From Octopus vulgaris (taxonomy: Eukaryota), in NCBI GenBank assembly GCA_951406725.2, contig OX597839.1, positions 8,804,001 through 8,868,000 of the forward strand: a stretch of DNA of 64,000 nucleotides. Direction: 5' to 3'. The position numbers and the translations under genes were made by a program. The notes under the pieces were generated by a model. It saw only the letters and a program-made list of their open reading frames with translations, was not told where the DNA came from and made no database searches. Of this stretch, positions 42,490 to 55,454 are shown in pieces. Positions within the stretch are counted from its first letter, which is position 1. Each line of letters begins with the position of its first letter.

Positions 42490-42720
42490 TATTTCTTTAC
42501 TACCCACAAGGGGCTAAACACAGAGAGCACAAACAAGGACAGACAAACGGATTAAGTCGATTACATCGACCCAGTGCGTAACTGGTACTTGTTTAATAGA
42601 CCCCGAAAGGATGAAAGGCAAAGTCGACCTCAGCGGAATTTGAACTCAGAACATAACGGCAGACGAAATACAGCTACGCATTTCGCCCAGTGTTCTAACG
42701 TTTCTGCCAGCTCGCCGCCT
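42490..42720 (-). mobile_element. SINE family B, full length
   Basis: Reverse complement of 7236-7465; AACTGGCCATATATG flanks both sides (42475-42489 and 42721-42735), a 15-bp TSD. Confidence 0.9.
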
Positions 42721-42947
42721 AACTGGCCATATATGGCTTCTCACACATATTTAGCAATATCATTCTAGAATCACATCGTCAACATCTCAAAGCTATGAGA
42801 TAATACATGATCAATTCAAAACAATGTGAATAAATAAGCATTAAATTTGACTGGGTAATCTGAATGCTAAAGGGCTGAAAATAGATATAAAATGGAAGAT
42901 ATTTTCAATAATATAGTCCTAGGTGCACTATACCCGATAACAAATGA

Positions 42948-43275
42948 ATAAGCGGAAAGTGTAACCTCTCGAAAGAGCTGTTCTTCACTCCTGCTCCAGA
43001 GCGTCAGCTGCGGGGTCACTCCGAAAAGCTCTATCTGCAACGATTTCATCTCAATCGAAGGAGAGGGGCTTTCTCCGTCCGGGTTGCGGATCCGTGGAAT
43101 AAGCTGCCAGGCGAGATAGTGAAGATGCCGATGACCGCTCAGTTCAAAGTCTCTCTTGACCAGAAATGGTCTGAATTCTTTGCATGAACACCCTCCCTTT
43201 ACATAACTCCATGTCCCCCTACGTGGCCTTGCTTTTTGCTTTTTGAGCCCAAAAATTAACTTAACTTAACTTAAT
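42948..43275 (+). mobile_element. 5'-truncated CR1-clade LINE: ORF2 C-terminus, 3' UTR, (TTAAC)n tail
   Basis: 42948-43187 is open: ISGKCNLSKELFFTPAPERQLRGHSEKLYLQRFHLNRRRGAFSVRVADPWNKLPGEIVKMPMTAQFKVSLDQKWSEFFA*, carrying the CR1 hallmarks RGH..KL, FS.RV..WN.LP and FK..LD. Confidence 0.9.
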
Positions 43276-44059
43276 AAAATATAAAAGAAATAGCAGTTTG
43301 GTATTTGATCATATATCTGCTGGGTAACAAGAAGACTACAGAGAACTTTTAGGTACACCAAGAGAGGGGCACTAGATACACTATGGCTAGGAGTTGTTTA
43401 AGGTAGGGGTGGTAGTAAAATGGTCACAACTAGAAAACATTTGATTAGGTTTCTGCTCAACAGGGGCAAACTTTGGGGGTTAAATAACCTATACACAATC
43501 TGACATATGCATCACTGACTTAGGATTTTTTTTTTTTCAAGTTCAACATTTAATTTTTTTTTTTTTGTTTTTTATTATTTTGTTTTCTTTATCAATTACT
43601 CCCAACCCCCGTTCTCTCCTGCCATGGCTTCCACCACTGTTGCAACTCCTCTTCCTCCTGCTGTTCCACCTTCCTTTTAAGCCATTCCTCTCACAGAACC
43701 AAACCAAATCAAACCAAACCTGACATATGCATCAGTGAACAAACACACCAAACACTTGTGTTATTTGTAATTTAAGATAGATATCTCTCTACCTCTGCTG
43801 CCAGTTCAGTTCTGATTACTAATCAAACAGCTCTTCTTTTGGCTAATCAACTGCTTGATCACAGACCAGTCTTTTGTTTGCTTGCTTTTTTTTTCTTTTT
43901 GCTTTCTTTTTTGTTTTTGTTTAAGGCCCACATTTAATCAGAAAGTAAGCAATTAAATTGGTTTCAAATAATTTTATAATCAATACTCCAGAGTATTTTA
44001 TTCATATACACACATACAGGTGTCTGTGTATATCTGTGAATGTGTGTGTATCAGTATGA

Positions 44060-44099
<40 letters not shown>

Positions 44100-45143
44100 G
44101 TGTTAGTACTAATGATTGGTTGTTAGCATATGCACTTGTATGTGTATGTATGTGTGTATATGTGTGTGTGTGTGTGTTAAGATGCTCTTCTGTGTGCAGA
44201 AGAAATAGAAAAGGTTTGTGTGTAGGTGTTTGAAGGTACGCAGTCATTGGGTTTAATAAAAATTGAAAAAAAAAATTTGAAAAACAGAATAGAAAAAGAA
44301 AAAAATTCTTTATAGAAAATAAAATTTAAGAAAACGAAAAGACCCACAAAAAAATAACAAAAAGGAACCAAAATAAACTGAAAAACCAATTTTAAGATTC
44401 AAAGACAGGCATATGAGGGTGGGGAGCGAAGGGCTGTTTCTAGCAACAGGTCAACAAACAGTGAGAATATTATATTGATGGATTGATTTGGAGATGCATA
44501 ACAACAACTGATTGACTGAGTGGCTGAGTGAGGGAGTGTCAGGAGTTCAAATCTGATGAGAAGCAAGCTTTTGTTATATATGAGAAGAGAGAGGAAGAAA
44601 AAAAAAGGTTGCTGGGGAGGTGGGAGTAGAAAACAGAAAGTAAACAAAAAAAATATTTTTGAAAAGATTGTTAAACGTGAGAGAAATAAGAAAGCAGAGA
44701 AGAATATTAGAATTAATAATTAATTAATAAGATTTACAATATCTAGATATATCTTTGCTAGATTCATCAGAATCAAATCTTTAATTAGCATAATGGGTTT
44801 TTCTGGGGTTTTTGGTTTGTTTTGTTATTAGTTTTGGCATTTTTATATTTGAAAAAAAAAATACTAAAAGTACAAAAACAAGAAGATAAATCACTGTTTT
44901 TGAAGTTTTCAATGAATAGCAAGATAGAGACGGGTGAAGGGGTGAGGGCAATATTGTTTAGCCCAAGGTCAACCAGCCCTATTCAAGCAGATCTATGATC
45001 ACAGTGTTCTATCAAAGACAATCCTGTTTTATTTTATATATTTTTCAGACATAATGTACCTAGGAATACATCATTCAACATGTCCTGCCAATTTACAGGT
45101 CAAGCAGTCAACCACATGGATGCAGTTTCATTGGATTGGTGTT

Positions 45144-45174
<31 letters not shown>

Positions 45175-45414
45175 TCATTGTTATTTACCCTTGTATCGGC
45201 CATGATTAAACAGATCTATGATCAAAGCTGTTCCAACCATGACTGTCGGTGAGGTTGAGAATGGGAAAGCTGAGGACCTCAGCTGCTATAAGCTCACCCC
45301 CTTCTCCATGGGCTGAAAAGTAGGAGGAGAACACCATCCCACTCAATCCCACACCCATTTCCATTACTGATGACCATCCTGTCTTAATTTTCTTTTTCGG
45401 GCATAATACCTACA

Positions 45415-45705
45415 CAGTGGTTAGGGTTTTTGGTTTATGGTCGTGAGTTCAATTCCTGGCAGCAAGACTTTACTTCACATTGCTCCAGTCCACTCAGCTG
45501 GCAAAAATGAGTGGTACTTGTAATTCAAAGGACCAACTTTATCACATTCTGAGTCACTCTGAATGTCCTGGAGAACTACATTAAGGGCACACATGACTGT
45601 GGAGTGCTCAGCCACTTGCACATTAAATATCACAAGCAGGTTGTTCTGATGATCGGACCAACTGGAGCCCTTGTCATCATAACTAACAGAGTCCCAGTGC
45701 ATCTG
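45415..45705 (+). mobile_element. Diverged tRNA-derived SINE with a Meta/V-like central domain
   Basis: GAGTTCAATTCC B box followed by TTGCTCCAGTCCACTCAGCTG...AAATGAGT; a related head is at 62355-62450. Confidence 0.55.
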
Positions 45706-45849
45706 CATACATACTCTTTACTCTTACTCTTTTACTTGTTTCAGTCATTTGACTGTGACCATGCTGGAGCACCGCCTTTAGTTGAGCAAATAACAGGGCC
45801 TATACAATATGTTAGAGTATACTTCTGCTCCTTACAAACACATGCTTTT

Positions 45850-46226
45850 TTTTACTCTTTTTTGTTTTAGTGATTTGACTGTGGCCATGCTGGAGCACCG
45901 CCTTTAGTCGATCAAATCAAACCCAGGACTTATTCTTTGTAAGCCTAGTACTTATTCTATCGGTCTCTTTTGCTAAGCCGCTAAGTTACAGGGACGTAAC
46001 CACACCAGCATCGGTTGTCAAGCGATGTTGGGGGGACAAACACACACATACATATATATACATATATACGTCGGGCTTCTTTCACTTTCCGTCTACCAAA
46101 TCCACTCACAAGGCTTTGGTTGGCCCGAAGCTATAGTAGAAGAGACTTGCCCAAGGTGCCACACAGTGGGACTGAACCTGGGACCATGTGGTTGGTAAGC
46201 AAGCTACTTACCACACAGCCACTCCT
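45850..46226 (-). mobile_element. SINE family A (paralogue of 22400-22803, including its flank)
   Basis: Shares the diagnostic GTCGATCAAATCAA and about 55 bp of non-SINE flank. Confidence 0.88.
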
Positions 46227-46474
46227 AAAAACTATTTTATCTAATGAGTAATTTTATTTCTTTACAAAATGCTTAGAGGCATTTTATCCATTTTTACATT
46301 CTGAGTTCAAATGCTACCAAGGACAATTTTGCCTCTCATCCTTACAAAGTTGATGAAATAAATACCAGCTGAGCATTGGAGTTGATGTAATTGACTTACC
46401 CCCTACTCTGAAATTACTGGCCTTGTGCCAAAGCATGAAATCAATATTATCCCATACTGAATATATAAATTTAA

Positions 46475-46695
46475 CCCTTTACTGTTCGTATTATTCTGCC
46501 AAAATTTATGCTTTTTTATCCACACTGTTTTGAACTAATCATGCATTATCTTGTAGCTATGAGATTTTGATGAGGTAGCTGTTAATTTTTAAGATGATAT
46601 TGTAGGGTTGGTGTGAGAGACCAGATCTGGCAAGTTTGAACATAAAACAAGCAGAATACTTTTGGCTGGATATGGCCGGTTTAAAGGCTAAAGGA
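46475..46695. mobile_element. piggyBac-like MITE, family F
   Basis: TTAA-CCCTTTA...CTAAAGGA-TTAA. Confidence 0.85.
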
Positions 46696-47124
46696 TTAAG
46701 GAAAAAAAACTTTCTGATTTGGACCACAAATTTAGCCTCAACAGAGCAGCTGAAGCTACAACCTTCTCAACTGAAGAACAAGCTGTCACTACAAGTAACA
46801 ATGAAAGGAATATTTCTACTTGCCACACAATACATGGCCTGAGTGTGTATCTCTTGTGATAATGAACCTCACTAGGTCAGGGTACATGACATTAGCTCTG
46901 ACAAAATACACTTGGAGACAGTATGACTTAGCAAAGCTACTTTAGACATCAAAATTTAATGCGAAAAAGCAAAAAAAAAACCTCTCTGGTATTTATATTA
47001 ATTTCAATCTTTCTCAGAAAATGACCAAGTGAAAATATATTGGGGCTTCATCATACAAGCAGACCACGAGCTAGCACAAGTCTTACTTCATGTTCATGAC
47101 AACGGTATATTAATCATCGATATA

Positions 47125-47540
47125 AGGCAGAATTGTTAGCACGCTGGGCGAAATGCTTAGCAGACAAAATACCGCTAAGCATTTCACCTGCCATTACGTT
47201 CTGAGTTCAAATTCCGCTGAGGTCGACTTTGCCTTTCATCCTTTCGGGGGTCAATAAATTAAGTACCAGTTACGCACTGGGGTCGATATGATCGACTTAA
47301 TCCGTTTGTCTGTCCTTGTCTGTCCCCTCTATGTTTAGCCCTTGTGGGTAGTAAAGAAATAGGTATTTCATTTGTCTTTATGTTCTGAGTTCAAATTCTA
47401 CCGAGGTCGCCTTTCATCCTTTCAGGGTCGATAAATTAAGTGCCAGTTATGCACTAGAGTCGTTATAATCGACTTAATCCATTTGTCTGTCCTTGTTTGT
47501 CCCCTCTGTGTTTAACCCCTTGTGGGTAGTAAAGAAATAG
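47125..47540 (+). mobile_element. Two tandem SINE family B copies
   Basis: The body repeats at about 47195-47362 and 47380-47540. Confidence 0.85.
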
Positions 47541-49364
47541 ATACAGCAATACTAAATAAATATAACATTGTACATAAGTGAACCGAAATACTATGGAGTC
47601 ATACTAACACAGCTGCTGAACTAAAAACATTATACCAATTACAGGATGTACCGATCACTGGTACAACTAGAGTGATGCACAACCATTTCTGTAAAGACTT
47701 TGACAAATTACCTATAAGGATAGGCATCGCCTGTGTCAGCTTTGCTCAACCACACATGCATGAGTGCTTGCATTTGGTAGATGCGCTTGTTCGTTGTTTG
47801 CCTCAATGGGTGGTGGTCTCGTTCAACTTGACGTTGCTGGCATCCGAATTTTGATGCATGGTGGCAATCCACTATTTGTTCACAGTCATATGTTCATCAT
47901 CTCACGACATTCAGCCAATCTGCATGGTTCCTCTGAGGATGTTCTTTACCAAGGCAGCCAGTAGATACACTGTGAAAAAATTAGAGTACTCAGAGCGAGT
48001 CCCACTGCCTTGCATATGAAAAGCAGAAAACAGCAATACTAGCATCTGTAAACATTGTTAGGGCATTCTCACAAAGCATTTGTTTTTTTTTACAGTTAAA
48101 TCTGAACATTTTTCATTCACAATGAAGATCCAAGCATGATCTCCAAGTTGTACATAATTCTTGCTTCGAGAAAGGAAAATTTCCATGTGTTTCTGAAACC
48201 ATGAATTATTATATCATAATCACTGCTGCCACCACCACTACATCATCATCATCATCATCATCATCATTAGTGGCACCCTGATAAATTGCAGAAAAAAACA
48301 AGCAAGAAACATACTTCCACTCCAATTTGCCATCATCCTGCTTGGGATTATAGAACTAAACAGAAACAGGGTATGAACTGCCACCATCAACAATACCACC
48401 ACAACCAACCAAAACCACCAGTGCAGTTTGGGAGGATATTTTTCAACTAAAATAGTCAACAAGATCAATACAGTCAAGTTATTGATATGAACATGCTGAG
48501 ACAAACTGGGCAGGTTTCATGGCTAAATCCAAATGGTTTTAGTAATTATAGTGTTGTTGCATTTACAGAAAAAAAAAGACTATTTAAAAAACACGATGTA
48601 AAAGTCTAAAATAAGATAAAATTATTTTAGAATCAGAAAAGAATCCAAATAAGAAGCAGTGAATCCAGCTGGTGTTAAGTTAAAGTGGTATATCTGTTAA
48701 AAAAAATATTTTAAAATAAAGGCTGAGAATCCAATTTAAAATGATACGGAGTCCTTTAAAGTCAACCTGATCACTTTTAATTAAAAAAACCAAAGAAAAG
48801 AATCCAAACTGTTTTAATAATGAAGCAGTAAATTTTTTTTTAAATGTTTAATTGTAAACAGGATTGCTTCATCATGAATGAAAGGTTTTCTGAGTTTGAC
48901 TTAATAGGGAACTACTACAAATTGTAATGAACCAAGATGAAAAATAAAATCAATATTAGAAAATTTGATACTGGTTTCAAATTTTGTCACAAGGCCAGCA
49001 ATTTCAGGGGAGAGGATTAAGTCAATTACATTGACCCCAGTGCTCAACTGGTACTTATTTTATCAGCGCCAAAAGGACGAGAAACTAAGTCAACCGCGGT
49101 GGAATTTGAACTCAGGACATAGGTGCTACACAGAGAGGGGACAACCAAGGACAGACAAATGGATTAAGTCAATTATATCGACCCCAGTGCGCAACTGGTA
49201 TTTATTTAATCGACCCCGAAAGGATGAAAGGCAAAGTCGACCTTGGCGGAATTTGAACTCAGAACATAACAGCAATTGAAATCTTTAAACTGAAACAGCT
49301 GTAAGTGATTATGTTTATTTTTACAGTTAATAAATATACTTATTAATTGATATTTCTCCTTTTT

Positions 49365-49408
<44 letters not shown>

Positions 49409-49423
49409 TACGGAGTGAGAGAG

Positions 49424-49695
49424 AGTCATAGAGCGACCATTGGTTTCACACCTACAAAGTGCTTAGCAGTATAGGCAACTCATCAGATTCAAATGGCTGA
49501 TGGCACATAACCTCTCAACTGCAGGAAGAAGTACATCACAGTCAGTTATTCTATAGAAACACAAAACTAACTACCCATCATGTATTTCTTCCTCCAGTTG
49601 TAGAGAGGTCATGCGCCTCCAGCCATTTGACTCTGCCAAATTGCCAATACTGCTAAGCGATTTATAGGTGCAAAATCAATGGTCACTCTATGACT
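49424..49695. mobile_element. Foldback MITE, about 270 bp, with diverged ~115-bp arms
   Basis: AGTCATAGAGCGACCATTG ... CAATGGTCACTCTATGACT; internal arms are complementary (GCTTAGCAGTAT/ATACTGCTAAGC, CAAATGGCTG/CAGCCATTTG). Confidence 0.8.
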
Positions 49696-50148
49696 GGCCA
49701 TAACATTTAACTTCTCAAAAAATATATTACTGCTCTAATGCTTTAGTGTGCTTTTTTTTATGGATATATGAACTACTGACACAATATACAAACACACGTG
49801 TGTGTGTGTGTGTGTGTGTAATGCAGAATGCAACTATATTATTAGTGGAGAACCAACCAAGAACTCTTTAGTTATATATGCTAATGGAGACCACTAAACT
49901 GATATACATGGGTAGCTCGTCCACCAAAAGCTTTCATGAACTGTCCATACAGAGGATATAAGCTATTCACACCATACAAACACTGAGGCATGTTCAAGTG
50001 AGGCAAATTGGAATGATCTCAGCCAGATCTTAATTTCAGACACATTGATGAGTAGTGTCGACTGCAAAGACAATCACAGAAAACGTTTTAGGCAAGATAG
50101 AATAATCCTGTTTACCAGCATGCAATATATATATATATATATGTGTGT

Positions 50149-50229
<81 letters not shown>

Positions 50230-50597
50230 AGTTGTTATTATTATTGTTATTATTATTAATATTATTATTATTATCATTATTATTATTATTATTATTGTTG
50301 TTGTTGTTGTTGTTGTTATTATTTAACGGTTTGATTTGGCCTCATGCAAGTTTTGTATAATGAGCCGACAAAAGTTTAAGCTGCATGAAGCTGATTCAAG
50401 CTGTTAAAAAATAATAATAATAATAACAATAATAATAACAATAATAATAATAATGATAATAATAATAATAATACATGTAACTCCTATCACATGCACTAAG
50501 TACATCATTCTTTTGCTTGACCAGTCACTCATAATATACACAACGCACACACAATATATATACATACATATATATATATATAAATAAACATACATAC

Positions 50598-50637
<40 letters not shown>

Positions 50638-50642
50638 CATAC

Positions 50643-50691
<49 letters not shown>

Positions 50692-50722
50692 CATAAATAT
50701 ATATATATATATATGTATATAC

Positions 50723-50757
<35 letters not shown>

Positions 50758-50769
50758 CATATATATTGT

Positions 50770-50952
50770 GAGAATTCACAAAAGAAAACAAAAGATGAGG
50801 ACAAGTGGTGTGGACAACAAGCAGATGTATTAGTATAATGCTCAGGAAGTGAAAAAGTCTTTAACATTTCGAGCCTATGCTCTTCCACAGAAAGGAACAC
50901 AGAAAGAAGCAAGGAGAAAAAAATAAAGAATGTATAGTGGCTAGCGATCTAT
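50770..50952 (-). mobile_element. Hammerhead-bearing family H1 copy 2, between (TA)n tracts
   Basis: Motif at 50859-50894, reverse complement CTTT-CTGTGGA-A-GAGC(ATAG)GCTC-GAAA-TG-TT-AAAG. Confidence 0.7.
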
Positions 50953-51027
50953 ATATATATACATATATATAAAGTGAACACACACATGTACATACAAATA
51001 TACATGTACATAAACATACAAATATAC

Positions 51028-51074
<47 letters not shown>

Positions 51075-51324
51075 CACATATACACATGCACACATACATA
51101 CACATATTTATATTTATTACACACACATATATACATCGACATGTATACAAATGTACATATTCTTTTACTCGTCATTAGCTGTGGTCATGGAATGGTGCCA
51201 CTTTCAAGTGTTCAGTCAATTACATCAACCTGAGTAGCTGTCTTTAAATATCAATTTCTTTTGAGCTGTTAGATTATGGAAAACACACACACACATGGAT
51301 AGAATATATATAATATATATAATC

Positions 51325-51489
51325 GGCGCAGGAGTGGCTGTGTGGTAAGTAGCTTGCTTACCAACCACATGGTTCCGGGTTCAGTCCCACTGCGTGGCAC
51401 CTTGGACAAGTGTCTTCTACTATAGCCTCGGGCCGACCAAAGCCTTGTGAGTGGATTTGGTAGACGGAAACTGAAAGAAGCCCGTTGTA

Positions 51490-51539
<50 letters not shown>

Positions 51540-51728
51540 TTGCTTGACAACCGATGCTGGTCTGTTTATGTCCCCGTTACTTAGCGGTTTGGCAAAAGAG
51601 ACCGATAGAATAAGTACTGGAGCTTACAAAAGAATAAGTCCCGGGGTTGAGTTGCTTGATTAAAGGTGGTGCTCCAGCATGGCCAGTCAAATGACTGAAA
51701 CAAGTAAAAGAGTAAAAGAGTAAGAGTA
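51325..51728 (+). mobile_element. SINE family A, full length
   Basis: Complete head and tail; internal (TA)n expanded. Confidence 0.9.
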
Positions 51729-52247
51729 ATACATGTATGTAATATAATATAAACCACACACACACACAAATTTCTTTTTTTTTTCCTCATGTTTAGAAGC
51801 TGAAAATTCAGAAATCCACACTGTAAGTTTTTGATCATCAGACAATTATGGAAAAAGTGAAACTTAGAAGTGTTAAGCCATCATGGTAAATTTTGATTGG
51901 ATGAAATATAACACAAAAACTGGGATAAAACGATCTTATTGGTTGATCATATGACTGTAGCAATACAATATAAAAATTATACATACATAGATACGTATGT
52001 ATGTATGTATGTATGTATGTATGTATGTATGTGTGTGTATGTATGTATGTATGTATGTATGTATGTGTGTGTGTATGTGTGTGTGTATTTATATACACAT
52101 ATCATCATCATCATCATCATTTGACATCCATTTTCTACGTTGGGTAGGCAAAACACTGCACCAGGCTTCACTGTCTGTTTCGGCAGAGTTTTTACAGTTT
52201 TTTTACATATATATATGCATATATATATGTTTATATATGTATATATA

Positions 52248-52300
<53 letters not shown>

Positions 52301-52323
52301 TGTGTATATATATATATATATAT

Positions 52324-52386
<63 letters not shown>

Positions 52387-52445
52387 TGTATAAAAAAAAC
52401 ATTATTTCTAAATCTCTGAATGAGAAACGTGCAGCAACAGTTCTT

Positions 52446-52702
52446 TAGAGTAAAGTTTATTTGCCAATGTAAAGTGGCAGTCCTGGTTAGGATGAATGTT
52501 ACTGCTATTCAGCCCCAGGAAAAAATCTTCTCCAGCTGGCTATTGATGCACACACTGTGCCCTTATATATTTTTCATTTTCATAAGGATGCAGTTAGTGC
52601 ATTAATAGCCAGCTTGAGAAGATTTTTCCCTGGGGCTAAATAGCAGTAACATTCATCCTAAGCACGACTGCCACTTTACATTGGCAAATAAATTTTACTC
52701 TA
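52446..52702. mobile_element. Near-perfect foldback element (~120-bp arms, ~15-nt loop)
   Basis: TAGAGTAAAGTTTATTTGCCAATGTAAAGTGGCAGTC... is complementary to ...GACTGCCACTTTACATTGGCAAATAAATTTTACTCTA. Confidence 0.9.
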
Positions 52703-52740
52703 TATATATATATGAGACAGACAGACAGATAGATAAAGGG

Positions 52741-52783
<43 letters not shown>

Positions 52784-52797
52784 ATATATATATATAT

Positions 52798-52998
52798 AGG
52801 GAGTGTTTATGAAAAAAACAAAAGACAAAGACAGGTGGTGCACAAAACAAACAGATGTATTAGTATAACGCTCAGGAATAGAAAAAGTCTTTTACGTTTT
52901 GAGCCTACGCTCTTCTACAGAGAGGGACACAGAAAAAACAAGGAGAGAAACAAGGAGAGAAAAAAATGTGTGTAGTGGCTAACGATCTATCATGGCAT
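52798..52998 (-). mobile_element. Hammerhead-bearing family H1 copy 3, between (TA)n tracts
   Basis: Motif at 52889-52924, reverse complement CTCT-CTGTAGA-A-GAGC(GTAG)GCTC-AAAA-CG-TA-AAAG (G12A, probably inactive). Confidence 0.7.
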
Positions 52999-52999
52999 C

Positions 53000-53163
<164 letters not shown>

Positions 53164-53387
53164 TTGAAGTAGATAAATGAATTATCTTATTACGGATAAT
53201 TCAAATGATAACCGATACCTGGGTAGCAAAAATCACAACAGAAAAAACACGGTTGAAGTTACGACCATGGGGCATAAAAACCGTGCCTTAGTGCGGAAAT
53301 TTGAAGTTTTATATATTAAGTGTAGGAAGAAATAGAGCGTTTGTCGAAAAGCTTGTTGTGCATTTTGTTGGAGAATTAAGTTCCTGG

Positions 53388-53473
53388 ATTTTCCTGAAGA
53401 GAAATCTGCAAAATGGACTCCTTATTCAATCCGAATTAGGGACTTTGCAGCCTTCGAAACATATGTAGAAAAT
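53388..53473 (+). ncRNA. Type I hammerhead ribozyme with an intact canonical core
   Basis: Stem I ATTTTC/GAAAAT; CTGAAGA; long stem II closed by G-C (GAA/TTC, CTGCAAA/TTTGCAG, TCCTTATTC/GAATTAGGGA); GAAA; palindromic stem III ACATATGT; GUA cleavage triplet at 53465-53467. Confidence 0.85.
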
Positions 53474-53527
53474 AATATAAAGGAATTTTGTTAAATCTTC
53501 GTTCAGCTCTATTTCTTCCTACAGTTA

Positions 53528-53566
<39 letters not shown>

Positions 53567-54439
53567 CATATGTATAAGCAGAAAATAAAGAGGCATACAT
53601 ATAAAGTAGGGAAGTTTACAACAGAAAGATGTAGACGAAAGAGAATGAAAGAGAGCGACAGACAGACAGACAGAGAGACATAGAATGAAGAAGAGAGGAA
53701 ATGAAAGTAAATGAAAAGAAAAGAGGGTAAGTGAAAAGAGAGAGAGAGAGAGAGAGAGAGATTGATGTAAAGAGTGGAATCACTCAGTATAAAGACACAC
53801 GGAAAATATGGAGAACATCCTATAATAATAAGCAAGTGTGGGAGACATAAAAATATGTGGATATATGAATATACATGAAGACTGTCATATATATTCATAT
53901 ATTCACTTAGTCTTTTATATGTGTTACATACTTGCTTATTATAATAATGTGTCTTCCATGTTTTGTAGACGTCTTCATATCAATTCAGGTCTTCTTTGCT
54001 CAAATCCCATTCTTTTTCTTTCTTTTCTTCCCTTATTTTTTTCTTTTACCTTTTCCTTCTTTGCTTTCTTTTTTTTTTTTTTACTTCCTTTCTTTTCTTT
54101 ATCTAATTAACATATACCCTCTCCATATACATCTCCCTTTATCTTTTTATATACTTTAATATTTTTATAATGAAATATTTTATTTTCTGCGTACCACTTG
54201 TATGGTCAACCAATAAGATCCTTTCACTTTAGTTTTTGCAAAGCCTCTTACTCAATCAAAATGTAGGTATGAACATGCGCGCTTGCACGAATACTATGAA
54301 CCTTTTTACCCCCTTACTTTTACTCCCTCCCCTCACTTAGCGGTCATTCAAATAGCTTTTTTGTCTTAATAATGGTCAATCACACAGTAATTTCCCTTTG
54401 TATGATGGTCATTTTCCATAGCATTTTTTCCGATGGCCG

Positions 54440-54500
54440 GATGACCGAAGAGATGTTGGCATGGGTTTCCATCTTGGCATCCGAAACTGGGAGTTTTATC
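54440..54500 (+). ncRNA. Type I hammerhead motif (U4C variant)
   Basis: GATGA-CCGAAGA-GATGTT..ATGG(GTTT)CCAT..GGCATC-C-GAAA-CT(GGG)AG-TT-TTATC; stems I-III can be drawn. Confidence 0.6.
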
Positions 54501-54798
54501 ATGGCTACCAAATAATTGTCACATATTATATTTACAGATAAATTCCTCTATTTACATAATATTGAGGTCTCTTTCATTCTTTTGTTGTTTTACCATTTTT
54601 ATCAATATACATATACACATACACATATCTATATTATACACACTAAATTGTGTTTATATATGTGTTACATACAGAAAAAAATATTAGTACAAAGGTAAAA
54701 CACAGAATAAAACAAAATAAAGTAACAATCAGCTGTAGTTGATTGAGGACAATGATACAAAATATATATATATATATATCATCATATATCGTTTAACG

Positions 54799-54834
<36 letters not shown>

Positions 54835-54875
54835 AACATACACACACACATGTATGTATGCAAGCAATACATACA

Positions 54876-54942
<67 letters not shown>

Positions 54943-55244
54943 TACATATATGTTACATATTTTAGAGACACAATATACATATATGTATGTATTTATATAT
55001 GACTATTACTTAACTAAATAAAAGTACTGAGATGGTGTATGCATACGTAAATTGGGAAACAAGTTCACATACATATCTATCTAATAAACTTACATACAAC
55101 TGTGCTGTGCAAATAGACCCAGCGCTCCAAGCGCAAAGCCCTCTGTACAGGGGAACCTAAAATGGAGCTCAACTAAAACGAAGTGGTTAGTGACATGCAA
55201 GCAGTGAGTCGCTTGCCATCTTTGTATGATGAATGTCTGGAGAT

Positions 55245-55283
55245 ACACCTGATGAGACAGTAATAACTGTTGAAAGTAGGTAC
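55245..55283 (+). ncRNA. Degenerate minimal hammerhead-like motif
   Basis: CTGATGA-GACAG(TAATAA)CTGTT-GAAA-GTA; stems I and III are poor. Confidence 0.35.
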
Positions 55284-55454
55284 ATTGTTGGGAAAATATT
55301 ACCTAACTTGGAAACAGGTGGCAACTGGGTTCGGGTTAGGAAGGGCATCTGATCATTAAAAAAATACACTTCTACAAATTCCAGCGAAGCCAAAGTAAGC
55401 ATGGAAAAGTGAAGATTGAAATTATGATGACAGGGTAAATCTTCATCTGTTATA

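Noticed and set aside
44553-44578. CTGATGA followed by hairpin GAAGC/GCTTT
   Set aside because: Not followed by GAAA, so there is no catalytic core.
49429-49492. Minus-strand CTGATGA...GAAACCAATGGTC hammerhead-like pattern inside the foldback MITE
   Set aside because: Stem I does not pair well, and the equivalent position in the other arm reads CTGCCAA...AAAA, so the core is probably a chance product of divergence.
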